A DNA stretch of 36,328 bases from Candidatus Saccharimonadota bacterium (lineage in GTDB: Bacteria > Patescibacteriota > Saccharimonadia > Saccharimonadales > SLHW01). Positions 24,805 to 34,480 of the stretch are shown here, one piece after another (position 1 is the first letter of the stretch; each line of letters opens with the position of its first letter). The notes under the pieces are model-generated. The model was not told the origin of the DNA. It saw nothing but the letters and a program-made list of their open reading frames with translations, and did no database searches. The stretch is taken from the NCBI GenBank assembly GCA_007135955.1, contig SLHW01000025.1, positions 1 to 36,328 on the forward strand. The letters run 5' to 3'. A program made the position numbers and the translations under genes.

Positions 24805-25680
24805 CTACTTCTTAGAGTAGTCAGAATATACTATCGATGTAGGCGTCAAGCGAAAAACAATATAATGACCGTCTTTTAACGTTGTGATGGGAGGGGACTT
24901 GCGACCCTCTCTGTAGTCTTTCTCTTTGACGACAAACTGAAATACTTTCTCTTGTACGCTGGGGTCGGTTTCGACTTTTGAACGCGCCTCGATTTGCGCC
25001 GTTTTTAGTGAGCCAGTTTCATAAATCGTAAGTGAAACCCTACTGTTTTGCATAATGTTTCGAGATTTCTTGCTAGCAGATTTAGCTAAAAAATAAAGTT
25101 GTCCATCTTCACCTAAATAATAGTGCACAACAGCACCATTTGGCTGGCCTTCGGAATCTGTCGACGACAGAATTGCAACATCATGTTGAGCAATATAGTC
25201 ATAAGCAGCCTGATTTGGGACGTCGCGTAAGTATGCTTCATTTTCAAACTCATGATAAAACCGTCCGCTTCGCTGATCATACTGGCCACCGCTCAGCCGA
25301 CGGGCTTCAATGTAGTCGGCAAATTTTTCGGCTGCCTTATGACCGACATACTTAAGTGAGTATTCTAAACCCCTTGTCTGAAGCGTAACAGATGCAAATG
25401 GGCCGACGGCGTTTAGCTGTACCCCAGAAACTATATCGTATGTAAGGATATCTTTGGTAGTAAAGAATGGCTTCTTATCAAGATAAATTACTCTTTTTTC
25501 GGTAGCAATTATCATACACCAGCCTGAGGAACCAAACCCATAAATCGCACCGCCAATATGTTCGTCCTTGTGAATGATATTTGGCAAATGACGACCCTCG
25601 GATCGAATAATACTGAACCAATTTAGTCCAGCCCTTTGTAGTTCTGCTGCTATACGGTCCCGGTGCTGCTTTGAAGCCAT
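24805..25680 (-). CDS. Bacterial PH-like domain fused to a pyridoxamine 5'-phosphate oxidase-like FMN-binding domain
   Basis: N-terminal E.I..A.YG....IIAT..RVI.LDKK. C-terminal AILSS...G.P....V.Y...YF.....S.K..NI..N..VSL. Confidence 0.75.
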   Translation of the reverse strand: MASKQHRDRIAAELQRAGLNWFSIIRSEGRHLPNIIHKDEHIGGAIYGFGSSGWCMIIATEKRVIYLDKKPFFTTKDILTYDIVSGVQLNAVGPFASVTLQTRGLEYSLKYVGHKAAEKFADYIEARRLSGGQYDQRSGRFYHEFENEAYLRDVPNQAAYDYIAQHDVAILSSTDSEGQPNGAVVHYYLGEDGQLYFLAKSASKKSRNIMQNSRVSLTIYETGSLKTAQIEARSKVETDPSVQEKVFQFVVKEKDYREGRKSPPITTLKDGHYIVFRLTPTSIVYSDYSKK

Positions 25681-25753
25681 ATTCGTCCCTCTTTTTACTA
25701 GTATAGTCGCTCAAGCCCTGAAACGCCAGATTCCTATTCCGGCTGCTATAAAA

Positions 25754-27148
25754 TTAGCTTTTGATTAATAAACGAGTTAACGAGTAAGAGCCAAAAAGTA
25801 CCGATACTCCAATGACTATTGGTAAAATATTCCATGAGCTCAAGCGCAAAGGCACATCTTCAACCACTTGCACCGAGAAATACCGAGTAACATTGCAGCC
25901 AAACCCATCAACAATCGTAGCGACACCGTTATAGATACCTGGGCTACTGTAACGATACCGAAATACTTGATTTGTCATCTGAGATGTCTCTAGAGTAAAC
26001 TGCTCAGACTCACCATCACCCCAGTTAATATGAACTGTCAGAGGAGGGCTCCCAGTTGCCTCACGAAGCCTTAATGCAACGTCATCATCGACAGCTACAC
26101 CCCAAAAGCGATAGGCCTCAAATGATGCATCGATAGAACATACCCCACGAATAGTACTAAATGTCAGGATTATTATGTTTGAGGGCTCACTGCAGACCTC
26201 TGCGATGCAAGCAACCACATACAGCTCATGACTATCACGTGTTGGACTAAGCAGCAATCGCCACGACCCATCAGCATCAGTAAAAATTGAACTAACAACC
26301 AAGCCATCTTGATAGAGCAGCAATTGACTATTGGGGGTTGCTATTCCAGTCAGTTCAACAGTTGAAGTCGTGATAGTCGCTCCGTCAGCTGGAGCTGTTA
26401 TTTGCGGTGGTGCTACAAAGTTAACGGTTGCCTGAGCTGCTTGATCAATATCCGGTACAGCAACAGGGGGTGCGATAAATTGTGTTATTGCAAACGAACC
26501 CTGATCAGATAGCTCACTAGTTTGATTGTTCTTGCTTGAAGATACGTCAAACTTAAACACGCCAACCCCAAAATCAGTAGCCGCTGCCCGAATAGTATAT
26601 TCCCCTATGTTATTTGCCGTAGCCTGTAATTGCCTGCCACCAACAACTTGAACAGTAACAATAGCACCGGGAACAGTAGAACCACTAAAAACAAAACTCT
26701 GATTAGAGACAATCGCTCTTTGAGGCGCTACTCTGACTGTTGGCGACAAAAATACCTCCAGTGCTGTTTGTTGCTGTGGTTGAAATGCTAGATTTATCGT
26801 TTTTCGCGAAGAGCTACGATTAGCTTTATCAGTATACAAAATACTAATATTGCTCGTGCCAGTGGGGATAGGCTGAATTGTTTTTGAAAATTCTCCATTT
26901 TTATTAGCCGTTGTCGAACCAATCTCTACATTATTTCGAAAAATAGTCACATGGGCGTCTGGTGCTGCTTTGCCAGATGCCAACAATGATGTTTGTGGCA
27001 CGGTTAATTGAATGGGTTGTGATGATTGAGCAGCTGCATTATTCATAGCAAAGACGGGAAATAAAAGAGCACTAACCCCTGTGACTACACTGCCAAAAAA
27101 TAGTTTGGTAATTTTGTGGTCAAAGAATGATTGTCGGCGCCACCACAC
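25754..27148 (-). CDS. Surface protein with Ig-like repeats, PKD domain and C-terminal membrane anchor
   Basis: Signal peptide, three SG...P.A.V/G.ATPNS Ig-like units, INWGDG..Y..PG.Y PKD motif, C-terminal TM. Confidence 0.8.
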   Translation of the reverse strand: MWWRRQSFFDHKITKLFFGSVVTGVSALLFPVFAMNNAAAQSSQPIQLTVPQTSLLASGKAAPDAHVTIFRNNVEIGSTTANKNGEFSKTIQPIPTGTSNISILYTDKANRSSSRKTINLAFQPQQQTALEVFLSPTVRVAPQRAIVSNQSFVFSGSTVPGAIVTVQVVGGRQLQATANNIGEYTIRAAATDFGVGVFKFDVSSSKNNQTSELSDQGSFAITQFIAPPVAVPDIDQAAQATVNFVAPPQITAPADGATITTSTVELTGIATPNSQLLLYQDGLVVSSIFTDADGSWRLLLSPTRDSHELYVVACIAEVCSEPSNIIILTFSTIRGVCSIDASFEAYRFWGVAVDDDVALRLREATGSPPLTVHINWGDGESEQFTLETSQMTNQVFRYRYSSPGIYNGVATIVDGFGCNVTRYFSVQVVEDVPLRLSSWNILPIVIGVSVLFGSYSLTRLLIKS

Positions 27149-27154
27149 CAGCGT

Positions 27155-28150
27155 CTACTCGCCAGTCGACTTACCACTGAGCACTCGAAGTGCCAGCGTG
27201 ATTCGCTCTCGAAATCGCCACCCCATGAAGCCGATGAATACTACAGCTGCAGCAATCGGTGCGATGGTCTGATACGGGAACACAGTGAACGAAGTTTCGC
27301 TGGTAAGAATCTGATTGTCTTCACCATAAATTACCGTTAAGCTTGCGCTGTAACGGCCAAATCGAAAGCCTGGCTCATTCCAGTCGGTTATAACTCTTCG
27401 TACTGCATCAGGGATTACATTTCGCTGATCGATTTCTATTCGCTCAACTGTATTTCCGAATATATTCTTTATTTCGATTTGACCAGAAGGTCGAAAATGT
27501 ACGTTGCCAGTGTTTAAAACTCTCGTTTCAAATTGGATAGGATCTTGATTACTCCATATATTTTTGAGTGAACGAAAGGATGCTATTTCTGCTGACTCAT
27601 CAACATCACCTGCAATCTTTACTAAAATGACCGGAGCTATTTCTTGAGAAACCAGCGCCACGTCGCCTGCCTGCTCTGGTGGAATCGTCCGAAAAACCAA
27701 TGAACCAAAATGACCACCCGGCTCGGCATTATCCGGAACAGTTATATTCATTTTAAAATCAGCTGTTTGACGGGAGGCAATTGTGGTCTGCTCAGGATCA
27801 ACTGTAATCCATTGCGATAATGAAAAAGCTGTCGTTTCTTCTGTTAGCTCAACTGCCCCATCCTCACCTTGTGGGAGGAAATTTCTTGCGACAACTTCTA
27901 TTTCAATACTATCTGCACTCCCATTAGTTAGACGAAACGTGCTATCAATACTATCGCCAGGGTTTGCTGAGAGTTCTAGTAGTTGTGGTGAGATAGCGAG
28001 ACTAATCGCGTCTTCATCAATCTGTTGCGCTCCGGCAGTAAAAGATCTATACACAGATAGCCCTAATGCAAACACAAGGCAAAGTAGTGCAACAATTACT
28101 GCAGCGTTAAACTTATCTGTAAGTAATAAATAATTTCGTTCCATGCGCAC
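27155..28150 (-). CDS. DUF916/DUF3324-like (WxL-interacting/CscA-like) membrane-anchored protein
   Basis: ISP..EL...PG...LTN, W.....VP.NAEPGGHFG, NTGNVH..P.G and C-terminal TM. Paralog of 29408-30343. Confidence 0.72.
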   Translation of the reverse strand: MRMERNYLLLTDKFNAAVIVALLCLVFALGLSVYRSFTAGAQQIDEDAISLAISPQLLELSANPGDSIDSTFRLTNGSADSIEIEVVARNFLPQGEDGAVELTEETTAFSLSQWITVDPEQTTIASRQTADFKMNITVPDNAEPGGHFGSLVFRTIPPEQAGDVALVSQEIAPVILVKIAGDVDESAEIASFRSLKNIWSNQDPIQFETRVLNTGNVHFRPSGQIEIKNIFGNTVERIEIDQRNVIPDAVRRVITDWNEPGFRFGRYSASLTVIYGEDNQILTSETSFTVFPYQTIAPIAAAVVFIGFMGWRFRERITLALRVLSGKSTGE

Positions 28151-28287
28151 GTGTTTTAAATAGTCTCAGGGCTTTCTCTATAAGTATCTACTAAACATTG
28201 TACGGTATCATTCACCAGATTGCCACAACATGACAACTCAAACTCTTTTATTCCTGGGAAAACCCCGAGCTGACTATTAATCAGTAT

Positions 28288-29325
28288 TTAGTATGTAGAA
28301 ACTACAGTGTAAACAACAGTTGTCTGATAGGTACCAGCTGGAGTTTCAGCATCAATGCCGACTTGATGGCCAACGAAAAAATTATCGGTGCCGACAGTAG
28401 CACTAGTATTTTCAGAAACTAACTCATTCAAGGTTGTGAAGCCAGCCCATAAATTAGGGGTGAACCGCCCTAAATCATCAGTAGTATACCCCCAAGCCTC
28501 TGTGCCAAAACCAGGAAAGGCTACTGGGTCTGCATTAGTGCCTACATGGTTAGCGATACTGTCGCTACCATTAGATAAGGGCCCGGTGTGACGAATATAA
28601 ATAACATAGCCCCCAGTAGCATTAGTGGATACCTCGAGCTCATGAGCAGCAACACCATTTTGAGTAGCCGTTACGCTGTTGCCAAAATCAATACCAGAAC
28701 ACGTAGAGGCAACACTAGTAGTCGCTCCATTTACAGACTCACTTGCTCCAACTGGCAAACAATTAAATGTCAGTGTCGGTTCAATCGATAGCTCTACTAA
28801 TGTACCGTCTGTGTATGCAAAGGCAACGGTTACTGAGTCAATTTGTGTTGTGCAACCAGCATCACTATAGGTTGTGACTATTGCATAGTAGGTATCTGTA
28901 GTGTTGCCATTTTGAATTCCGCTAAATACCAATTCACCACTTGTAGCTGGTGCTTCTCCTCCTGAGTTTTCTATACGCAATAATCCACTCGTGCTCGAAT
29001 CTTCACTCCAGTTAGCAACTGTTATGACGCTAGAGCTGTCCAGTGTGAACGAAGATGTATTTATGCCAGCCGGTGCACTCCCGCTACCATCTGCCTGACT
29101 ATTAAGACGAACGTCAATGCATCGAAGTGTTGTAGCAGTCGTAAAGTTACTTGCACTAAATGTATAGTCAGCTGTTTGACTTGGCCGCGGATCAGATAAT
29201 TCTAACGATGCATCCGATAGTGTTGCAGCTGAAGCAAATGGCACTATAGCTAGTGACATGATTAATAATAAGCTAGCGAACGCAATAACACTAAAACGTG
29301 TCATGCTGTATAGTTTTTTACTCAT
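28288..29325 (-). CDS. Secreted WxL-like/pilin-like subunit
   Basis: Signal peptide (ASA|ATLS), two beta-rich domains with paired Cys, C-terminal STNA.GGY..WGYT..PAGTYQTTVVYTVVSTY. Confidence 0.65.
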   Translation of the reverse strand: MSKKLYSMTRFSVIAFASLLLIMSLAIVPFASAATLSDASLELSDPRPSQTADYTFSASNFTTATTLRCIDVRLNSQADGSGSAPAGINTSSFTLDSSSVITVANWSEDSSTSGLLRIENSGGEAPATSGELVFSGIQNGNTTDTYYAIVTTYSDAGCTTQIDSVTVAFAYTDGTLVELSIEPTLTFNCLPVGASESVNGATTSVASTCSGIDFGNSVTATQNGVAAHELEVSTNATGGYVIYIRHTGPLSNGSDSIANHVGTNADPVAFPGFGTEAWGYTTDDLGRFTPNLWAGFTTLNELVSENTSATVGTDNFFVGHQVGIDAETPAGTYQTTVVYTVVSTY

Positions 29326-29407
29326 AAGTGTTTCCTTTTTCTTTTTTATACATTACATGCTATTCAAGCTTATGTTATAACACAGCGGATACTGATGCAA
29401 GTCAGTT

Positions 29408-30343
29408 TTAATAGGTCTGCCTTCCGGTGATCAAGGCTTTTAGCGATGGGACAATATTTTTGCGGTACACATAGAGCCTCCAACTAATGACCGACGCAAT
29501 AAAACCTAGCAAAATCAAAGATGGCTGTGGCATCGCCCAAACCGCATACGTAAGTGCAGCAACACGATCACCTCCAATATACAAATCAGTACGAACACTA
29601 TGGCGACCACTGCGCTCCACTACATCAAATAGCTCACTGACTTCTATTATTTCTCCGGGCAGAAGCAAGACTGAAGATATCGAACGATTTTCAAGCTCCT
29701 CATCACCTCGAAAAACAGCTATTTCTGGACGAACTAATACGTGCCGATTACCAGTGTTTTCTATAGTAAAGTCACTTCGAACTGGCGTTTTTTTCGACTG
29801 AATAACTCGTTGGGTGTGTTTACCGCGATCAACTCGAAGTTCGGTTAGTATTTCGCCAGCAACTGTTGTCAATATTGGAATACTTATTTCTGGAAGAGCT
29901 TTTACAACTGAAGGCTGAGTCGTTGGCAGAACTGGCTGAGCATATAATTGTGCGTAATGCCCCCCAGGCTCAGCACTTTCTGGTGGCGTAATTGTCAAAG
30001 ATATCGAACGTGTTTCGTCAGGAGCTAGGACTATATAACTATCAGAAATAGTAATCCAATTACTGATATTAAACCGTGCATCGGCTCGCTGCCGCAGTGT
30101 CGCGTTTCTTAGGGCAATGCTTTCTGCGCGTAATATATATGGCGCGGGACTGTTGCCTTCATTGGTAAATAAAATAGTTTTTTCTTGAGTTTTACCAGGC
30201 TTAAAAGCAAACTCAACTACTGCCGGAGAAACCCGTATCGCGGTATCGTCACTAGCCTGCTCGGCACCTACTAAACCACCGGAGAACAATTGCAATATGG
30301 CAACTGCAGATCCTGTAAAAAAAACTCCTAAGAAAAAGCGCAT
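29408..30343 (-). CDS. Second DUF916/DUF3324-like membrane-anchored protein
   Basis: VSP..E....PG....TN, W...PP.SAEPGGHYA, ENTGNRH and C-terminal TM. Confidence 0.7.
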   Translation of the reverse strand: MRFFLGVFFTGSAVAILQLFSGGLVGAEQASDDTAIRVSPAVVEFAFKPGKTQEKTILFTNEGNSPAPYILRAESIALRNATLRQRADARFNISNWITISDSYIVLAPDETRSISLTITPPESAEPGGHYAQLYAQPVLPTTQPSVVKALPEISIPILTTVAGEILTELRVDRGKHTQRVIQSKKTPVRSDFTIENTGNRHVLVRPEIAVFRGDEELENRSISSVLLLPGEIIEVSELFDVVERSGRHSVRTDLYIGGDRVAALTYAVWAMPQPSLILLGFIASVISWRLYVYRKNIVPSLKALITGRQTY

Positions 30344-30352
30344 ACCTATCTA

Positions 30353-33300
30353 TCAGTATAGCGCGGTCGCACTAAAAATAATGGTTGTTTGATAATCCCC
30401 AGCAGATTGGCCTTCAGGTGCAGTTACGCGGCCAGTGATGATAAACGATTCACCAACAACCGGAGTACCAATTATCGGCCCCTGATTATCGGCTACAATG
30501 TCTCCTGGAAAATCTAGAGTGAACGGTGCGAAGCATGGTGGCTCACCACCACCAGGGCACGGGTCGCCGGAAAATCTATTTTCTCCCTGAACATTTGTAT
30601 CATTAGAAGTATAGCCAAAGCCAACATACGCTGCTATCCAGGCTGCAGGTTCAAGGTATGATCCCCCGTTAAACATCGGTATCGCATCAACTGGACTAGT
30701 AAGTAGGCTGGTCGTCCGAGCTCGCACTACATAACCACTACGGGCGTTAGTAGAAGTCGTGACGGTGATATCCTGTGTGTCAGTGAAGTCATTGCTCGGT
30801 GACAAGCTATCGAAGGATACTTCTGATTGACTGACACTGAAACTAATACTTGGAGCAACTAGCTGACCCGAGCTACTTATAACCGACTGATTGCCAGCAT
30901 TGTCAGTTGTGCGAATATTAAAATAATATACTTCAGAAGTTTGTAAATTTAACCCACTTGCTGTAACTGATGTGTCAGTCCCGACGGTCACCCAATCAGC
31001 TATTGTTGTACCCCCTGGGCTTAGCCCAATGGAATAGTCATAGCTAGCCAGCCCGGACAAACCACTGTCAATATCCCAATTAGCTGACAGGCTATCGAGT
31101 GCATCATCACTATAAGTAATATCAATTCCGATTTGGTCACCGTCATACACCGTTCCACTCGGCTCAACGGTATCAACGATGAAATCATTATCGCTCGGAT
31201 CACCACTACCAAATACTACCCACTCAGAATACTCGCCAGCACTGTCCCTGATTCTAGCTTGCCAACGGTATTCCGCCGTATTTGCTAAACCGGATATTAC
31301 AACGTCGACCGTTATAGGTAAACCGGCGTAGCTGCCTGCATCACCGCAAGATAACTCTTGATTTGTGAATGGTTCCCCATTAGTTTGCACCTCAACACAA
31401 AGCTCAAGCTCATCTTCATCATCAGGGTCAGAGGCTTCCGCTCGAAAATGTACTTGCGTTTCATTAGTAAAGCCACCTGGCGATATCTCACTACCAAGCG
31501 CAACTCGAAATTGCCCTAAACCAGTCGGTTGGCTAGGCGGCGTGTTGGGAACTGGTTGCTTTGCAAAAATCACATTTCTATACGGGGGCAGATGCGACTC
31601 CTCAGAGACATTCGTAATATCTACTGGATGAGTATGAGTTGCCGAAGCGGCACCGCCATTATTTTGACGCGTGCCAGTCGTGGTGGTCGGTCCAGACGTC
31701 GTAACTTGATGATTAGCATGCGAATGAGAAGTTGACCCGCCCGTCAATCCATAAGTATCACTAGCTTTAATAAATCTTTCATGAAAGGGCTCACCAGATT
31801 CAGAAACTACATCCCAGCTCCCAGGTGGTGGACCATCCCACATCGTAATAATACCTGCCGGTGGACCACTAGCAATATCAAGCTCACCAAGCAATACCTC
31901 AATATACGGTGGCTCATGATTCTCTGCTGGAGAAGTCCCGCTCAAAGTATGCTGGTGATCATTTCCAGCACCAGCAGATGCAGGACCGCCACCGCCATCA
32001 GCTACGGTACTCCCAGTAGCTGTAGTGGTGGTGCCGATTACAGAATGACTGTGCGTGAGGCTACCACCAGTTGCACCAACATTATTTTGGCCACGAACAT
32101 ACTGGTTATCTTGTACAGAGTATCTTGTCCAGTCATCTGGGACTTCATTATCAAATATCGCGATTGCACCAGCGGGGAGCGAAGATGGTGTTCCGGAAGC
32201 TTCTGAGCGGATAAACCGTAGCTGTCTATAAGGCGGTAGATTACTCGCCTCATCTAATATTGGGACAATACCATGACCGTGGTCAGTGCTTGATAAGTCA
32301 CCGACCCCAGGATCACTGCCGACTTCTGCGATAGTTGGCAGCACCGTACCGGTCGCGGTATGGGAATGAGCTTCAGATCCACCAGTAGTACCGTAGCTAG
32401 CTGATCCACGGGCAAACCGTTCATAAAATGGCTCACCAGGGTTGCACGAAATACACGTCCAGCCTGCCGGTACAGTCGCGCCAGCAAACAGTACTACCAT
32501 ATTCCCAGCGCTATCAGATGTGGTGATTTCTGGAATTTCATTATAAGACTCAAACAACGAGCCATCGGCATACACAGCTCGGAAACAATACGACGTATCC
32601 GCTGGTGCATTAGCATCGCTCAATGCAAAATCCCACAACCCATAATCACCAATGTCTATTGCGGCCTGATTATTACTGTAATTATTGGCTTCAACGTATG
32701 ACTGATTTATTTTACTGCCACTTGCAAGCGTAGGATCATTTAGATTAGGGGTAAGCGGATCACCGTTTACCGGAGCAGAATTGTTATAGTAGCGGATTTC
32801 GCCACTGTTAGTCAGCACATCAACATACGATTCATTGCTAAAAGTTGGGTCACAGGTTTCGCCGACCCGCTGTGCGTATTGCAACTTTAGTGACTCTCCA
32901 GACTGCCCAAGGTTAACCACAGTAACGACAATAGCTAGCCGCAAGCGAAATGGTAAGCCAATTGATGTAGCTGGAGTATCCTGACTCGCAAGCGCCAAGC
33001 CAACATCTGTACTGTTGCGATTTCTAAACCAACGATAGCTTGCTTGTGATAAGTCACTAGGTTCTTGTTTTTTAGCGATAATAACGTCAACGTATGGCGG
33101 TACATGATTTTGTTCAGAAAAATTTGTCACATCAATAGTGTGCGTATGGATACCGCTTGCACCAGCGCTACCAGCTCGAGCGCCGGTAGTCGTTGTCGGC
33201 GTCGAAGTGATAATCGATACGTTGCTGTGCTGATGAGTCGCTGAACCACCATTTGCGCCAAAGCTACTGCTTGGCTTAATAAATCGTTCGTAATATGGTC

Positions 33301-34162
33301 CAGTTTCATTAGATCGCAGTTGCCAATCGACTGGCGCCTCATCATCCCACATAGCAAGCATATCGATCGGCACAACAGTATCTGTAACCGCCTGGGCAAG
33401 TATTGCTTCTACATGTGGTGGCTGAATATCGATAGTCTGTGTCTGTCCACTAAAGGTATGAATATGATCTGCTGCCGCTGCGGTAACTTGCGTGCCTCCA
33501 CCGCGAGAGCCAAGCGTTGCACCGTTCGGGCCGCCGATAGTGCCCGTAATGGCATGCTGACTGACATTACTGCCACCCGTTGCGCCGACTGTATCACTGG
33601 CGTATACATATCGCGAACCCTGATCACTATACTGTTCCCATCCACTTGGCAAAGCACTAGATTCAAAGATTGCTATTGCTCCCTCTGGAATGATAGCTGG
33701 CTCACCATTATCATTGTGACGAATCACGCGAAGCTGACGATACTCTGGCAAATTAGTCTCTTCCGACACATTAACAGTGAGGCTATGTGAGTGTCCGGCC
33801 GCAGCAACGGAGCCAGTATTCCAGTTCTCTGACACTGCTGGCTCGTTGGAGCTTGATATACTGGCACTAAATGTCGGCTGATGCGTCGCCGATCCGCCGC
33901 TGCCACCATATTGATCGCTGCCCCTAACGAACCTTTCATAAAACGGATCGGCTGGATTACACGAAACACAAGTCCAGCCAGCCGGTATAGTCGCGCCATC
34001 ATAAAAAAGCAACATGTGCCCGTCGCCAGGAGCAGCACCAAGGTTTGACCGAATCTGAAATATCGTAACGGCGAGAATGACGACCGAAAAGACAATAAAA
34101 AAAACTAGCCAAATATTTGACAAATACATATTGCGTATAGTTTTGTCTTTTAGTAAATTCAT
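30353..34162 (-). CDS. 1269-aa exported protein: 2 x 3 phage tail-collar-like HxH repeats, Fn3/Ig-like domains and a C-terminal WxL-like domain
   Basis: N-terminal TM/signal. Six repeats of P.GW..RF.(R/K)....G..GGS..H.H...H.H...N.PPY. C-terminus is homologous to that of 28288-29325. Confidence 0.8.
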   Translation of the reverse strand: MNLLKDKTIRNMYLSNIWLVFFIVFSVVILAVTIFQIRSNLGAAPGDGHMLLFYDGATIPAGWTCVSCNPADPFYERFVRGSDQYGGSGGSATHQPTFSASISSSNEPAVSENWNTGSVAAAGHSHSLTVNVSEETNLPEYRQLRVIRHNDNGEPAIIPEGAIAIFESSALPSGWEQYSDQGSRYVYASDTVGATGGSNVSQHAITGTIGGPNGATLGSRGGGTQVTAAAADHIHTFSGQTQTIDIQPPHVEAILAQAVTDTVVPIDMLAMWDDEAPVDWQLRSNETGPYYERFIKPSSSFGANGGSATHQHSNVSIITSTPTTTTGARAGSAGASGIHTHTIDVTNFSEQNHVPPYVDVIIAKKQEPSDLSQASYRWFRNRNSTDVGLALASQDTPATSIGLPFRLRLAIVVTVVNLGQSGESLKLQYAQRVGETCDPTFSNESYVDVLTNSGEIRYYNNSAPVNGDPLTPNLNDPTLASGSKINQSYVEANNYSNNQAAIDIGDYGLWDFALSDANAPADTSYCFRAVYADGSLFESYNEIPEITTSDSAGNMVVLFAGATVPAGWTCISCNPGEPFYERFARGSASYGTTGGSEAHSHTATGTVLPTIAEVGSDPGVGDLSSTDHGHGIVPILDEASNLPPYRQLRFIRSEASGTPSSLPAGAIAIFDNEVPDDWTRYSVQDNQYVRGQNNVGATGGSLTHSHSVIGTTTTATGSTVADGGGGPASAGAGNDHQHTLSGTSPAENHEPPYIEVLLGELDIASGPPAGIITMWDGPPPGSWDVVSESGEPFHERFIKASDTYGLTGGSTSHSHANHQVTTSGPTTTTGTRQNNGGAASATHTHPVDITNVSEESHLPPYRNVIFAKQPVPNTPPSQPTGLGQFRVALGSEISPGGFTNETQVHFRAEASDPDDEDELELCVEVQTNGEPFTNQELSCGDAGSYAGLPITVDVVISGLANTAEYRWQARIRDSAGEYSEWVVFGSGDPSDNDFIVDTVEPSGTVYDGDQIGIDITYSDDALDSLSANWDIDSGLSGLASYDYSIGLSPGGTTIADWVTVGTDTSVTASGLNLQTSEVYYFNIRTTDNAGNQSVISSSGQLVAPSISFSVSQSEVSFDSLSPSNDFTDTQDITVTTSTNARSGYVVRARTTSLLTSPVDAIPMFNGGSYLEPAAWIAAYVGFGYTSNDTNVQGENRFSGDPCPGGGEPPCFAPFTLDFPGDIVADNQGPIIGTPVVGESFIITGRVTAPEGQSAGDYQTTIIFSATALY
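31556..34021 (-). repeat. Intragenic ABC-linker-A'B'C' duplication
   Basis: aa 48-365 (nt 33068-34021) and aa 553-869 (nt 31556-32506). Example: IPAGWTCVSCNPADPFYERFVRGS vs VPAGWTCISCNPGEPFYERFARGS. Confidence 0.9.
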
Positions 34163-34184
34163 TTACTTATAGTTGTTTATTATC

Positions 34185-34452
34185 TCGCCTCGCACTCTTG
34201 CATAGTGCATATTTCGCCTGTGAATATGGTATCACAACATAAGCACTGCTAGTAGTGTTGTTTACGTTATTACTATTCACTAGTTATCAACGTAAGCGAC
34301 AGATGGATTGTTCAAAATAGCTTACAATGGAAATAGGTTCTACGAACTATCAGAAGACTAATAAAGTAAGTGGTCATACAAGTGCTGGGCAGCCCTACAG
34401 CACAGTAAATTGTCTCCCTGAAGCGCACCCGATCACGTAACTTGCGAGGCGA
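34185..34452. repeat. 10-bp perfect inverted repeats bounding the intergenic promoter region
   Basis: TCGCCTCGCA (34185-34194) and TGCGAGGCGA (34443-34452). Confidence 0.55.
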
Positions 34453-34480
34453 AAACCTTATTGAAATAATAATATTAGGG

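Noticed and set aside
30353..34162. Prophage or contractile injection system tail gene
   Set aside because: The protein has an N-terminal export signal and a cellular surface-operon context. No capsid, sheath, tube, baseplate or integrase genes are present.
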